From a virus, in the IMG/VR virus record IMGVR_UViG_3300009124_000009, positions 7,014 through 71,013 of that record: 64,000 nucleotides of DNA. One strand, 5' to 3'. Position numbers and translations under genes: made by a program. The notes below the pieces were generated by a model. It searched no databases, was not told the origin of the DNA, and was given only the letters and a program-made list of their open reading frames with translations. The number at the start of each line of letters is the position of its first letter. The first letter of the stretch is position 1. Below are positions 40,108-49,182 of the stretch, in pieces.

Positions 40108-42288
40108 TTATGTGAAACAACCTGAACCGACTACTACAGGTGATACAACCGTTGGAATTGGTGTCTGTGGTAGACTCGACTCGAATTGACCTGGCGTGAT
40201 ACTATTTAGTGGGATAGACGAAGGTGGAATAGTGCCAACAGTTGCCACTGTAACTGGTGGTTGTGGGAATGCAATAATAGTTCCTGGAGTTGTTGGAGTA
40301 ATCGTAAAGTTATTGGATGGAATAACAATTACAGGAATAGAAAGATCATTATCGGAGATCACATACGTGTTTCCATCACCCGTTCCTCCAGTACCGCCAG
40401 AAGAACCAGTACCATCGCCAGTCCCGCCAGTGCCCGTACCTCCATCACCGCCAGTGCCCGTAGTGCCACCCCCATCTCCAGCACCACCACTAATAAATCC
40501 ATTGTCTCCAGCAGCAAGTTGATCTACTGCAGTTGGTGGATTATTTTGATCGCCAATAATTGCTACTGGTCCTACAGTAATACTGCCACTTTCATAATCA
40601 ACGGTCCCAAATTGGGGATTGGTCATAACTTGATTGCCACCATCGATATAGAAGGAGTATATATTTCCATAACCATCATCAGTAAAATATTGTTGAGTTG
40701 CTGGTCTATCAGTTGTGTAAAAAGCACCAGATAGAATGACTGGTTCTTTATAGCAGTTGCTACTTACCGCTTTACCAGAAGCATCAACAACTTCTCCCGT
40801 AGTTCCAATATTTTTAGATGGTGAAGTATCTAAAATCGGAGTACCATATTGAAGTGTATACGTATTTGCTAGATTTTTCTCTGGTTCAATATATTTGACT
40901 AGTGTAGTCTGAATTGAAGTACCTTCTAAAGAAGGATCTGCCAAAGAAATTGCACGAAGCAGTTTAGATTGATTATATGAAGCACCAAAGTTGTTTAGAC
41001 CAGTCTGATCAGCAAATTCTGCCAAAGAGTTGTCAACTTTTGCTTGCAACTCAGATGCAGTTAGAGAAGTTTTATTTGGATCGTATGTAGTGAAGATTTT
41101 ATTTGCAATATACAAATAATCTGGATCTGCAATTCTCGTTTCTAGAGATGCCATGGTGTATTTTTGCAAATCTTTAGCAATTTGCAATTTTGTAGCATTA
41201 TTGAGTTTATTGCCACTCTGAGTTTTGATAGCAACGTAAACTTTTCCGTATACTGCTGGTGTAAGTTGATCTCCACCAAATGCAACTACGGAATCTGCGT
41301 TTGGATACACCCGTTTAGTCAGAATCTCATAATCTCTAGTTGTAACTGCTCTGTTTTGGGTTGCATAGTACCTAGGAGCAGCATATTTGATGGATTCCAC
41401 ACTCTCCCTAGGAGAACCCTCTTGAGAACGCTCATAGACGGTTACAGTAACCTGTCCAGCACTGTATTCAATACCGTTACTGTCAATAATTGTTCCTACA
41501 AATCCAATATCCTGAATATCGTTTGCTTCAGAACCATTAGAAACGATATATTCAAATTCAACAATCTCACCATCCTGCAATGCTCTACCAATAACACCAT
41601 CACCGAAGAATACTTCGTATCTAAGGTCTGCTACTTCGTTCAGATAGTAAATTCTAGAGGTATTATTTAGTTGTGTGACAACATCCACCTTATTGTAGGT
41701 ATCAACACTAGTAGACTGTTCGTTGGGTCTTACAGAAACCTTTAGAGTTGCTACATCGACATCTTCATTGGGGATGATGTATCTCTGTCTTTGGAATGTA
41801 TCAACAGTATAAGAGTATGTTAGTAGAGCACCTTCGGTGAAGAGGACTTTATCGAGCACGGCTTTTCCGAGATTGTCTACGGAGAAGGTAATGTCGTTTA
41901 GTGCATTGAAAATATACCCATCACCAGCAACTGCTGCACCTTTTTTCAGCGTTACAAATCTAGGGAACTCTAAATTGCTCTGAATTGTCTGTAGTTCTAG
42001 TTTTACGCAAATTTTTGCCGAAGTAATAGACCTAGGAACATAATTTAGTAGTTTTGCGATATTAGCAACATTTGCTCTTGTAGATGCACTATTGATGAAT
42101 GCTTCATTGATCAGCATATTTGACGTAAACGCCGAATAATACGTGTTATACGCCAGAATATCAATCAGATACGAAAGCGTTGATCCCTCAAAATCATAGT
42201 CCGTAAACTCATCCCGAGTCCTCAGATACGTTTTGATAGATGCTTTGATATCATCAAAATTTAGTGCTGTAAGATTATTTGGTTGCAT
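40108..42288 (-). CDS. gp6: Baseplate wedge subunit gp6
   Basis: LNFDDIKASIKTYL..FTDYDFEGSTLSYLIDILAYNTYY and QNRAVTTRDY motifs; Gly/Thr-rich C-terminal insertion at ~40370-40500. Confidence 0.92.
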   Translation of the reverse strand: MQPNNLTALNFDDIKASIKTYLRTRDEFTDYDFEGSTLSYLIDILAYNTYYSAFTSNMLINEAFINSASTRANVANIAKLLNYVPRSITSAKICVKLELQTIQSNLEFPRFVTLKKGAAVAGDGYIFNALNDITFSVDNLGKAVLDKVLFTEGALLTYSYTVDTFQRQRYIIPNEDVDVATLKVSVRPNEQSTSVDTYNKVDVVTQLNNTSRIYYLNEVADLRYEVFFGDGVIGRALQDGEIVEFEYIVSNGSEANDIQDIGFVGTIIDSNGIEYSAGQVTVTVYERSQEGSPRESVESIKYAAPRYYATQNRAVTTRDYEILTKRVYPNADSVVAFGGDQLTPAVYGKVYVAIKTQSGNKLNNATKLQIAKDLQKYTMASLETRIADPDYLYIANKIFTTYDPNKTSLTASELQAKVDNSLAEFADQTGLNNFGASYNQSKLLRAISLADPSLEGTSIQTTLVKYIEPEKNLANTYTLQYGTPILDTSPSKNIGTTGEVVDASGKAVSSNCYKEPVILSGAFYTTDRPATQQYFTDDGYGNIYSFYIDGGNQVMTNPQFGTVDYESGSITVGPVAIIGDQNNPPTAVDQLAAGDNGFISGGAGDGGGTTGTGGDGGTGTGGTGDGTGSSGGTGGTGDGNTYVISDNDLSIPVIVIPSNNFTITPTTPGTIIAFPQPPVTVATVGTIPPSSIPLNSITPGQFESSLPQTPIPTVVSPVVVGSGCFT

Positions 42289-42725
42289 TATCCGACTGGA
42301 GGTTCGAGGATGAAACTAACTTCTTCTGAGTATGGTGATCCAATAATGGTATATTTCAAATCAACTTGCAAATAATGTTCATCGGGATTGGGTATCACAG
42401 TCAAATTTTCAACTTGTATGCGCTGATCATAATTTCTGATTGTATTTATGATGTCTTGCTTCAATTCAGTTACTGTAAAAGGGTCTAGGGGTTCAAACAA
42501 CAGTTGATACACCCTAGACCCAAAGTCCTGATTATAAAATTTTTCACCTGGTTGCGTTAGAACCAAGTTTTTGATTGATTGTTTGATGGCAACATCATTT
42601 TTTACTGCAGAAACATCTTTAGTTGATGGATGAACAGCAAAAGAGGTAATGATGTCTCTAAATTTTCTAGAAGTTTTAGAAACATCAGAACCTAATAAGT
42701 CTTTTTGTGGTATGTACTGTGCCAT
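42288..42725 (-). CDS. gp25: Baseplate wedge subunit gp25 (GPW/gp25 family)
   Basis: AIKQSIKNLVLTQPGEKFYNQDFGS..LLFEP motif; position upstream of gp6. Confidence 0.9.
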   Translation of the reverse strand: MAQYIPQKDLLGSDVSKTSRKFRDIITSFAVHPSTKDVSAVKNDVAIKQSIKNLVLTQPGEKFYNQDFGSRVYQLLFEPLDPFTVTELKQDIINTIRNYDQRIQVENLTVIPNPDEHYLQVDLKYTIIGSPYSEEVSFILEPPVG

Positions 42726-42910
42726 TATTGATGCCAGCGTTCAACATAATCGTCAAATCCGCCTTTACCTCCACATGGACGTGAATAACGGTCATTTGGA
42801 GGTTGTTTTGATGCTTTAGCAAGATAGTAATCAGATCTAGGATCGGTAATTAGTACCATTCCCGATTTGATGAACTCTTTCCCCTGGTCGGGGATTGGGT
42901 GGTTTGCCAT
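42725..42910 (-). CDS. Small hypothetical protein (61 aa)
   Basis: ORF track; GGAG Shine-Dalgarno-like sequence upstream; abuts gp25. Confidence 0.7.
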   Translation of the reverse strand: MANHPIPDQGKEFIKSGMVLITDPRSDYYLAKASKQPPNDRYSRPCGGKGGFDDYVERWHQ

Positions 42911-42946
42911 GCTCCTCCTACAATAGTAGGGACTAGTGCCCCTTTT

Positions 42947-42953
42947 TATTTAG
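42947..42953 (-). promoter_or_regulatory. Late promoter (CTAAATA)
   Basis: tatttag overlapping the stop of the 49-aa basic ORF. Confidence 0.55.
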
Positions 42954-43099
42954 CGACCCTGCCCACGGTACTTCTTTTTAGCATTATTGCGAGAAGTTGC
43001 CGCATACTTTGTATTCTTAGATGCTCCCTGACGGGTAGACTTTGGTTTTCCTGGCATGAAGTTGACGCCAGAAAGACCTACTTTAGATCGCGTTGCCAT
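42950..43099 (-). CDS. Small basic protein (49 aa)
   Basis: Manual translation MATRSKVGLSGVNFMPGKPKSTRQGASKNTKYAATSRNNAKKKYRGQGR*; fills the gap after the PAAR gene; GGAGG upstream; below the ORF-track cutoff. Confidence 0.7.
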   Translation of the reverse strand: MATRSKVGLSGVNFMPGKPKSTRQGASKNTKYAATSRNNAKKKYRGQGR

Positions 43100-43102
43100 A
43101 AT

Positions 43103-43624
43103 TTAGCCTCCAATAAATACGTTTGCTGATCCTGTGGTAATTTTGCTCAGACAGGGTGGATACATAGGATCTCCAACTCTACACGCTGCCTTCTTCTCGA
43201 TAAATACGGTTTTGCTTGTTGCTTTTGGTGCTCTCTGATGTCCAATACCCCCAGCGTCATCAGCACATGTAAAGACAGATGCATTACATTGAATAGGAAC
43301 AATTGTAGGTTGTTTTTCAGGACATGGGGATGTATTCACAGTGTTCATACATGGACTTTTATGTTCCTGTAAGACATCCCCATCAACAATGGGAGCAATT
43401 TTGTTGATTTTTACCGTAACCGCAATAGGCGTTACTTTAGCAACTAATGGTGCGGGTGGCCATTGAGTGTAACCATCCATTGTCGCAACAGTCTTCTTTG
43501 GGGCAATTGTACAATTACCTCCAGCGGGAACACACTGAATAGTTGCGTGTACTACACCAGGGAGACATTTGCCGTGTCCACTACAGACACCAGCAAAAAC
43601 AGCAGCAGCGGGACCTTTAGGCAT
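43103..43624 (-). CDS. PAAR-like central spike tip protein (gp5.4-like), Cys/His rich
   Basis: CSGHG near the N-terminus; C-terminal SKTVFIEKKAACRVGDP..C..ITTGSANVFIGG is a PAAR-type repeat. Confidence 0.8.
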   Translation of the reverse strand: MPKGPAAAVFAGVCSGHGKCLPGVVHATIQCVPAGGNCTIAPKKTVATMDGYTQWPPAPLVAKVTPIAVTVKINKIAPIVDGDVLQEHKSPCMNTVNTSPCPEKQPTIVPIQCNASVFTCADDAGGIGHQRAPKATSKTVFIEKKAACRVGDPMYPPCLSKITTGSANVFIGG

Positions 43625-46377
43625 TAGTTACAAACTGACTCGAATGGATTTCCAAAAGCTTCGGTAGCACTAACAAATGTGGTAGCTGCTGCCGTCATAT
43701 CATTATATATGTCCACTGTTCCAGATGCAGTAAAACTTGCACATCCTCCAGAGATAGTGGCAGTAGGATATGAAAGTGAGGTCGTAACACCTGCAATTGG
43801 TGTATAACCAGGAGCACCTGGAGTTGGACAGTAATCAGTACAATCCAAACCTGGCATAGTGCAGGTAAGACTGATATTCATCGTAGTTTTAGTCGATGAA
43901 TCGGGTGTGTACTGTCTCACATAGTATTTTAGGAACCGAGAAGCGCAGGGCATACGTGAAAATGACACGTTTACTGTCTGAACTTCCGTCTCATCATACA
44001 CTAATTCTTTGTCCTCGTCAAGTGTTGCGTCAATAGCAGCGTTATAATTGTCCAAAGCAATTTTCATAGAACTATCTAGACCTTCAATGGGCGAAAATTC
44101 TGCGAATTTTTCAGGAGTTTCTGTGGTTCTTGGCATTGCATCAATAGCAGACTGAGGCAAACCTCCTGTTGAGGTCTCAATAACACGTTTTACGCCTGGA
44201 TCTGTGCGTACATTTGTGCTAATATGCTTTCTTTCAGTGATTGTTTGCTGTGCAAACATAGATTCCTTCTGTTTGTAGTACTGATCTTTGCTAGTAGTCT
44301 GCGAAAGATCAATTTTAGTGACTTTTCCGACCAAAGTTTCCTTATTTTTTTGTTGTAAATCCGCTTTATTCTCTGCAATAAGTTGAGATGCAGATTTATT
44401 TTCTAATTTTTCAATTGTGCAGGTGTAACTCTGCCTCTTCATCTCCTTTATAAAGGCATCTGCAGACTCTTGGTCCTGAAAAACCTTACTATATTCCAAA
44501 GTAGAACCGCCTTTTTGCGTATAATTGGTCCCAGGAATCTTATATTCGGCAGGTCTGGAGTATTTTACGCGAATACCAGTGATTGTTTGCGTCCCTACAA
44601 CCTCAGAAACACCATCAAAATCAAATTCTGCCGCTTTTATCTCCCCAACATGATCAAATTTACCCAAATCATTGAAGTCATCCGCCTCTTTTTGTAGATT
44701 TAGCGCAGCATCATCGTCTGGATCGCCCAAACCAGGAAAAGAAGTAACGTCACTATGACCAGTAGTGTCGCCAATACCCAGTACTGGAGGAGTAGAAGAG
44801 GAATATCCGCTACCACCATCAATAATTCTGACTGCAGTGATGCTTCCATTGCTAAATGTTGCTTCTACAACTGCCTGCTTACCACTAGAAATGGCAGGTG
44901 GAGACACACCAACGGTAGGTTCATACCCTAAAATGTTATAACCGCTACCACCATCAATGATATTAGCACCAGTAATCACCCCATTAGACACACTAAACGT
45001 AATATTGGGTTCAACCAAGTCATCATAAACGTGTGGAACATCGGGATCTATTTCTGCAGTGATGAATTGAATGGACTTACCAGGAAATTCATAAAATCCT
45101 ACGATCATTCCACGGTCAGCAATACCCTTTCCTGCGGCAACAGTAATAGAACGTCCCGCAGATGTGGTGTATGATCCATCTTTTGTAAAATTACTTCCAC
45201 TTCCATCTAGTTCTAAGACATGCCAAATAAAGTTTTCAATATCAGTATGGAACGTTCCCACAATAGTATGACCATTTACAGTCTCACCCCTAGAAATTAG
45301 TGTGCCTGTACTACCAGCAGCAACAGTCCTATCAACAACGGAGGTTACATTGAGTGTCCACGAAAACCCTTCTAGAGTGTCACTAAACGTAGAACTAGTA
45401 CTATAACCCGTACCACCACTGATTACTTCTAGGATACTGACTAAACTACCATCATATGTGTATACATTATCGGTAAGATCCGTGATGTTAGGGCGGATAC
45501 TAATCGCATACCTAAATCCATTGGGATCGGTAAACTCTTCAATATACCTCTCACCGAAATCATCTTGCCCCCAGGTTCCAGCACTGATGGTAAATTCACC
45601 ATTAGATGCACCCTCAGACCATGCATTGTATGTGTTACCATCGATGGTAATCGTAAAACTGTCAACTGAGTTAGCCTGAGTAGTAGACAGTCCATTATAT
45701 TTGAAAATAACTGTATTTCTATTTGTACCAGAGGCATAAATGGTAGGGTGTGGTTGATCACCATTACCTGTAAGATTGCCTTCTGGAAGTGAATACGAGA
45801 CTGTAGTACTAGAAGGTACACACTCACCCTCAGAAGTCGTACATGGAATGCACTGCCAGAACGATGAAGACGTACTTGTGGTGGTTGTCGTCGTAATTGT
45901 CGTAGGTTCACCCGTCAATGGATCTTCTGGTCCTTCAGAAGTACTCGTACTACTCGAAGTATCAGTACGAGTAACTAGACGAGTTTGTTTACATGGAGTA
46001 CCAACAAATGAACCTGAAGTGTCCCACATGTACGCAAAGTACATATCACTGTCTAACGGATAAAATGATAGAGCATTGGGCACATGTTCCCACACTCTCC
46101 AATTGGTACTAGTACTACTAGTACCGAATCCAGTGCCTTCAGAACGTTTTAGTTTTCCACAATATGCAGGAGCACTCAATGGATTGCTAGTATCGTCCTG
46201 ACTAACAGCTACTACACTTGACCCGTACATGACCGCATCACGATCTACTGAAGGCCAATAAAAACTTCTATTCTGTTGAGGATACGTCCAAAATTGTACT
46301 CCCATTCCCCCAGTGGGTTGGTAGTTAGAACAATGCCCAGGAGTATCTGATGCAGACCCGTCAGTTTGGCAACCCAT
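43624..46377 (-). CDS. Putative virion structural protein (917 aa), Cys/Thr-rich, with GGSGY repeats
   Basis: ORF track; IIDGGSGY repeats as in the neighbouring baseplate proteins; coupled to the PAAR gene. Confidence 0.75.
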   Translation of the reverse strand: MGCQTDGSASDTPGHCSNYQPTGGMGVQFWTYPQQNRSFYWPSVDRDAVMYGSSVVAVSQDDTSNPLSAPAYCGKLKRSEGTGFGTSSTSTNWRVWEHVPNALSFYPLDSDMYFAYMWDTSGSFVGTPCKQTRLVTRTDTSSSTSTSEGPEDPLTGEPTTITTTTTTSTSSSFWQCIPCTTSEGECVPSSTTVSYSLPEGNLTGNGDQPHPTIYASGTNRNTVIFKYNGLSTTQANSVDSFTITIDGNTYNAWSEGASNGEFTISAGTWGQDDFGERYIEEFTDPNGFRYAISIRPNITDLTDNVYTYDGSLVSILEVISGGTGYSTSSTFSDTLEGFSWTLNVTSVVDRTVAAGSTGTLISRGETVNGHTIVGTFHTDIENFIWHVLELDGSGSNFTKDGSYTTSAGRSITVAAGKGIADRGMIVGFYEFPGKSIQFITAEIDPDVPHVYDDLVEPNITFSVSNGVITGANIIDGGSGYNILGYEPTVGVSPPAISSGKQAVVEATFSNGSITAVRIIDGGSGYSSSTPPVLGIGDTTGHSDVTSFPGLGDPDDDAALNLQKEADDFNDLGKFDHVGEIKAAEFDFDGVSEVVGTQTITGIRVKYSRPAEYKIPGTNYTQKGGSTLEYSKVFQDQESADAFIKEMKRQSYTCTIEKLENKSASQLIAENKADLQQKNKETLVGKVTKIDLSQTTSKDQYYKQKESMFAQQTITERKHISTNVRTDPGVKRVIETSTGGLPQSAIDAMPRTTETPEKFAEFSPIEGLDSSMKIALDNYNAAIDATLDEDKELVYDETEVQTVNVSFSRMPCASRFLKYYVRQYTPDSSTKTTMNISLTCTMPGLDCTDYCPTPGAPGYTPIAGVTTSLSYPTATISGGCASFTASGTVDIYNDMTAAATTFVSATEAFGNPFESVCN

Positions 46378-46654
46378 TCTTACATTCTTTCAACTTACTG
46401 TAAATGAGATCAAAGTTCTCTTTCATATTTAGATAATTCTCTTCACCCTCTGGTCGATACATGATAGCACCACTCAATACCATCTTTTGTAAAGCATTGA
46501 ATGCTTCCTCTAATTGAATGATACGTTGACTAATAATACTAATTGCATCAGCAGTTGTCTTGTGAGCATCATTTACAGTCTGCCAATCAGTTTCTGTAAT
46601 AACCACACCAGGAGGTTTTAGAATCTCTTTTAGGGTCTTGTTAGGATTTTCCAT
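46361..46654 (-). CDS. Hypothetical protein (97 aa)
   Basis: ORF track; overlaps the start of the 917-aa gene. Confidence 0.7.
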   Translation of the reverse strand: MENPNKTLKEILKPPGVVITETDWQTVNDAHKTTADAISIISQRIIQLEEAFNALQKMVLSGAIMYRPEGEENYLNMKENFDLIYSKLKECKNGLPN

Positions 46655-46689
46655 AGTATAAAAATTGGGAACGCGGTGGAGGACACTTT

Positions 46690-46854
46690 TTAGGATTCTA
46701 CTTTCTTCAAAGTAAATGAAAGTTCACTGTCATCCACAGAATACTCTAATTCATCCCCAACTGCCCATCCGAGGTCTTCTATAACTTCATCTGGAATCGG
46801 AAGGATAAGATCTCCGAATTCGTCTTCTTCTAGCGTAACAGTGAATCTTTTCAT
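46690..46854 (-). CDS. AbrB/MazE/SpoVT-family swapped-hairpin DNA-binding protein (54 aa)
   Basis: Manual translation MKRFTVTLEEDEFGDLILPIPDEVIEDLGWAVGDELEYSVDDSELSFTLKKVES*; LxIPxExxxxLGWxxGDxL is the AbrB-fold signature. Confidence 0.75.
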   Translation of the reverse strand: MKRFTVTLEEDEFGDLILPIPDEVIEDLGWAVGDELEYSVDDSELSFTLKKVES

Positions 46855-46858
46855 ATTT

Positions 46859-47074
46859 TTACAATCGATTTACCTGGGGATTGTCTGATGGATTCTCACC
46901 CTTCCACTCTTTCCAGTGTTGGATGACATGAGAGGTGTCAGTGGTGTGCCCAGCACTCGTCAAATAATCTGCACATTCGTACATCCGAGGATCTAAGAAA
47001 TTTTCATATTTTATTAGAGTTTCTAAGACAAACGTCCGTAGATCTTGTCTCTCAACCCTGATAGCATTGTCCAT
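46859..47074 (-). CDS. Hypothetical protein (71 aa)
   Basis: ORF track; GAGG upstream. Confidence 0.7.
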   Translation of the reverse strand: MDNAIRVERQDLRTFVLETLIKYENFLDPRMYECADYLTSAGHTTDTSHVIQHWKEWKGENPSDNPQVNRL

Positions 47075-47240
47075 AAAAAACCTCTGACGGGCAAAAATTT
47101 ACTGGGCGATTTTTTTTATATAGCATGATAACACTCTCGCGTTTGGGAACCTTTGTAGGTTAGGGTAGTTATGCTTTTTTATATACGGCCCGCCCGACCG
47201 CCGAAAACCCGCGCCACGACTGGGATCTGGGGCGAGTTCT

Positions 47241-47375
47241 TTACATTTTATCGCCCTCAATCAACTGCCCAATGTAATCATCAGCATCGCCTAATACGTC
47301 TCCGACCCATTCATCTTCTGGCAGAGTCTCGGTATAAGCGTCGGAGAGGATTTCGGGAGAAAAGTCTTCAAACAT
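47241..47375 (-). CDS. Small highly acidic protein (44 aa)
   Basis: Manual translation MFEDFSPEILSDAYTETLPEDEWVGDVLGDADDYIGQLIEGDKM*. Confidence 0.6.
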   Translation of the reverse strand: MFEDFSPEILSDAYTETLPEDEWVGDVLGDADDYIGQLIEGDKM

Positions 47376-47401
47376 GTGTGTCAGTTAGTGTTAGTTAGTG
47401 A

Positions 47402-47725
47402 TCAGGCGTAGATGTAACCGTTGGTGAAAACACGCTCAACGTTGTTATCTTTGAGATACCAAACATGTTGGCGCTGATAAACACCATCAGTGGCACCATT
47501 GCAGAAGCGGTCGATGATAGCGTTTAGACGAGATTTGGTGGTATTGGATTGCCAACCGCCATCAAAGATCTCCAGAAAATCTTCTCCGAGCACTGCAATC
47601 TTGTTACCATGAAGACGAACGATCGAAGTGTTATTTTCTTCGTTGAATGAAACCGAAGTGTTGCCAGATTGCCAATCTTTGCTGTTAGCGAGAGCGGCAT
47701 TCATTTGCTGTTCGATCTTACGCAT
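47402..47725 (-). CDS. Early hypothetical phage protein (107 aa, MRKIEQQM...)
   Basis: ORF 47402..47776, start re-assigned to ATG at 47725; VRLHGNKIA and DGGWQSNTTKSRLNA resemble a widespread early-phage family; downstream of early promoter copy 1. Confidence 0.75.
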   Translation of the reverse strand: MRKIEQQMNAALANSKDWQSGNTSVSFNEENNTSIVRLHGNKIAVLGEDFLEIFDGGWQSNTTKSRLNAIIDRFCNGATDGVYQRQHVWYLKDNNVERVFTNGYIYA

Positions 47726-47788
47726 GAGAGACGATTTGAGAGGGTTTAGAGTGTGGAGAGAGAGATCGGGTCTCATTCCCCTCCACTC

Positions 47789-48031
47789 CTATAGTATGGC
47801 ACCTCTAGGGGCACTCAGGGGGGTTTGGTGGACACTTTGACCAACTGGCACATCGGTTATTGATAGAAACCATCCGATCTGTTTGATATAATCGAAGGGA
47901 GACATTCTAGGCGTCACAGGATAACCTTCCCCACGTCCTTCTCTAACACCATCGACGAAAATCTCTAGTTCATAAACTGAACGAAATTCCCCAACAAGTT
48001 CATCAGATTCATTATAAAGAAAGTAGATCAT
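47789..48031 (-). CDS. Hypothetical protein (80 aa, MIYFLYNE...)
   Basis: ORF 47789..48076 with a likely ATG at 48031; the C-terminus reads through the promoter repeat (VPVGQSVH...). Confidence 0.6.
   Translation of the reverse strand: MIYFLYNESDELVGEFRSVYELEIFVDGVREGRGEGYPVTPRMSPFDYIKQIGWFLSITDVPVGQSVHQTPLSAPRGAIL
47790..47852 (-). promoter_or_regulatory. Early promoter with upstream palindrome, copy 1
   Basis: Minus strand GTGCCAGTTGGTCAAAGTGTCCAC ... TGC-CATACT. Confidence 0.75.
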
Positions 48032-48035
48032 TTTG

Positions 48036-48242
48036 TCAATCCCCAGTGTGAACGTAATAGAGAAATCCTTCGGCAATCATATACTCCGAAGTTTTCTCTA
48101 TCTTATCACTTAGTGTTTGCTGTTCAGTATCAACCAAGAACTGAAACAGTTTCACTTGCTCATCCACTGTCATTTGCTTGTTTCGCATAAACCTGTGGAA
48201 AAGTAGTTTGTATTCCTCTGGTCCTGTGAATTGCTTTGGCAT
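48036..48242 (-). CDS. Hypothetical protein (68 aa, MPKQFTG...)
   Basis: ORF 48036..48275; ATG at 48242 lies just downstream of a consensus sigma70 promoter. Confidence 0.7.
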   Translation of the reverse strand: MPKQFTGPEEYKLLFHRFMRNKQMTVDEQVKLFQFLVDTEQQTLSDKIEKTSEYMIAEGFLYYVHTGD

Positions 48243-48483
48243 TGTTTTCTGAACCCTGACAGTGTTATTATACATGAGATTGGGGATTTTGTCAAGTGGT
48301 TGTGATAGATTTGGATTCGTGATGTTTAGAGGGTTGACAACTCGTTAGCGAGGATGCTAAGACTACAATTCCTCCGAACATTATCAGAAGAATAACACAC
48401 TCAACCACATTTATTTTGACATTTAGATAAAACCCCGCGTTTTCCACAATGTTAGATTTTCTTGTGGAAAAAGTTGTGGAAAA
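48194..48483. promoter_or_regulatory. Cluster of four TTTTCCACA DnaA-box-like 9-mers
   Basis: TGTGGAAAA at 48194, TTTTCCACA at 48440, TGTGGAAAA at 48463 and 48475. Confidence 0.55.
48267..48295 (-). promoter_or_regulatory. Consensus sigma70-type promoter TTGACA-17-TATAAT
   Basis: tgtcaa at 48290-48295 and attata at 48267-48272 with a 17-nt spacer. Confidence 0.85.
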
Positions 48484-48568
48484 CTATTCTTACTGTTTCT
48501 TTGAGAGTGAGAACAATGTAAGACAATTCCTCTTTGATTGTTGTTTGTGTGTTGTGATTACTTTCCAT
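48452..48568 (-). CDS. Small hypothetical protein (38 aa)
   Basis: Manual translation MESNHNTQTTIKEELSYIVLTLKETVRIVFHNFFHKKI*; overlaps the upstream stop. Confidence 0.45.
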   Translation of the reverse strand: MESNHNTQTTIKEELSYIVLTLKETVRIVFHNFFHKKI

Positions 48569-48794
48569 CTAATAGTATTACCTCGTGCCAATACTCTCTA
48601 AAACATAAGAGACAAACTTCATTGTTTGGTTGTTTAGCATGTGGATCAGGATTAGGGTAAGATCTTATACAAATGGTGATGTATCTGTCATCGATGAATC
48701 TAACAAAACCTTTGAAATCTTTCCACTGAACATGATCATCTAGAGAAAAAGTTGTTGTAGTGGGTTTAGTTTGGGAGGGTGCATTGCTGTCCAT
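48558..48794 (-). CDS. Hypothetical protein (78 aa)
   Basis: ORF track; SH3/KOW-like beta pattern (DHVQWKDFKGFVRFID.YITICI). Confidence 0.65.
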   Translation of the reverse strand: MDSNAPSQTKPTTTTFSLDDHVQWKDFKGFVRFIDDRYITICIRSYPNPDPHAKQPNNEVCLLCFREYWHEVILLDGK

Positions 48795-49042
48795 TTCGTT
48801 GTTAGCGATGGGTCAATGATTGATCCTGGTTTCTTGCTATTGATTGGGGAATGAATAGCACGAGTTTTGTTATGAATAAACCCCCAGATTGTTTGGACTT
48901 GTTCGTTAGTGTAAGTGAACTTATTAGGGGGATGGACTAACCATACAGCAGTGAAAGTTTTATTGAATGGTGTTACTTTGTAGTGATAGTCTTTTGGGGG
49001 TTTGTGTGGTAGAGGGGGATCAATAGCGATTGGATTGTTCAT
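48740..49042 (-). CDS. Hypothetical cyanophage protein (100 aa, MNNPIAIDPPLPHKPP...)
   Basis: ORF 48740..49057; TIWGF..HSPINSKKPG motif. Confidence 0.7.
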   Translation of the reverse strand: MNNPIAIDPPLPHKPPKDYHYKVTPFNKTFTAVWLVHPPNKFTYTNEQVQTIWGFIHNKTRAIHSPINSKKPGSIIDPSLTTKWTAMHPPKLNPLQQLFL

Positions 49043-49178
49043 ACAATTTACGATCAAGATAGTCTAAATGTTGATCGGGCGTCATGTAATCTTCAACACA
49101 ACCAGTATAATATATGTGCGAACGAATAGGGCGAGTGTTGTTACGAACTGAATTGGTTTGGCGTTGTTGACGTGACAT
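49020..49178 (-). CDS. Small hypothetical protein (52 aa)
   Basis: ORF 49020..49241, ATG at 49178 after the upstream stop. Confidence 0.55.
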   Translation of the reverse strand: MSRQQRQTNSVRNNTRPIRSHIYYTGCVEDYMTPDQHLDYLDRKLYEQSNRY

Positions 49179-49182
49179 CGAA

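Noticed and set aside
346-46063. Numerous plus-strand ORFs of 60-250 aa over the structural genes (e.g. 1334..1921, 34847..35557, 38060..38812)
   Set aside because: They are antisense shadows of long minus-strand genes with biased codon use; their repeats simply mirror the coding repeats.
48334-48363. Plus-strand promoter TTGACA-18-TAAGAC as a firm feature
   Set aside because: Weak -10 and no downstream plus-strand gene; mentioned only as a possibility in the DnaA-box finding.
46655-48560. tRNA or known ncRNA genes in the intergenic gaps
   Set aside because: No cloverleaf, T-arm GTTCRA or CCA signature was seen by eye; a covariance-model search would be needed.
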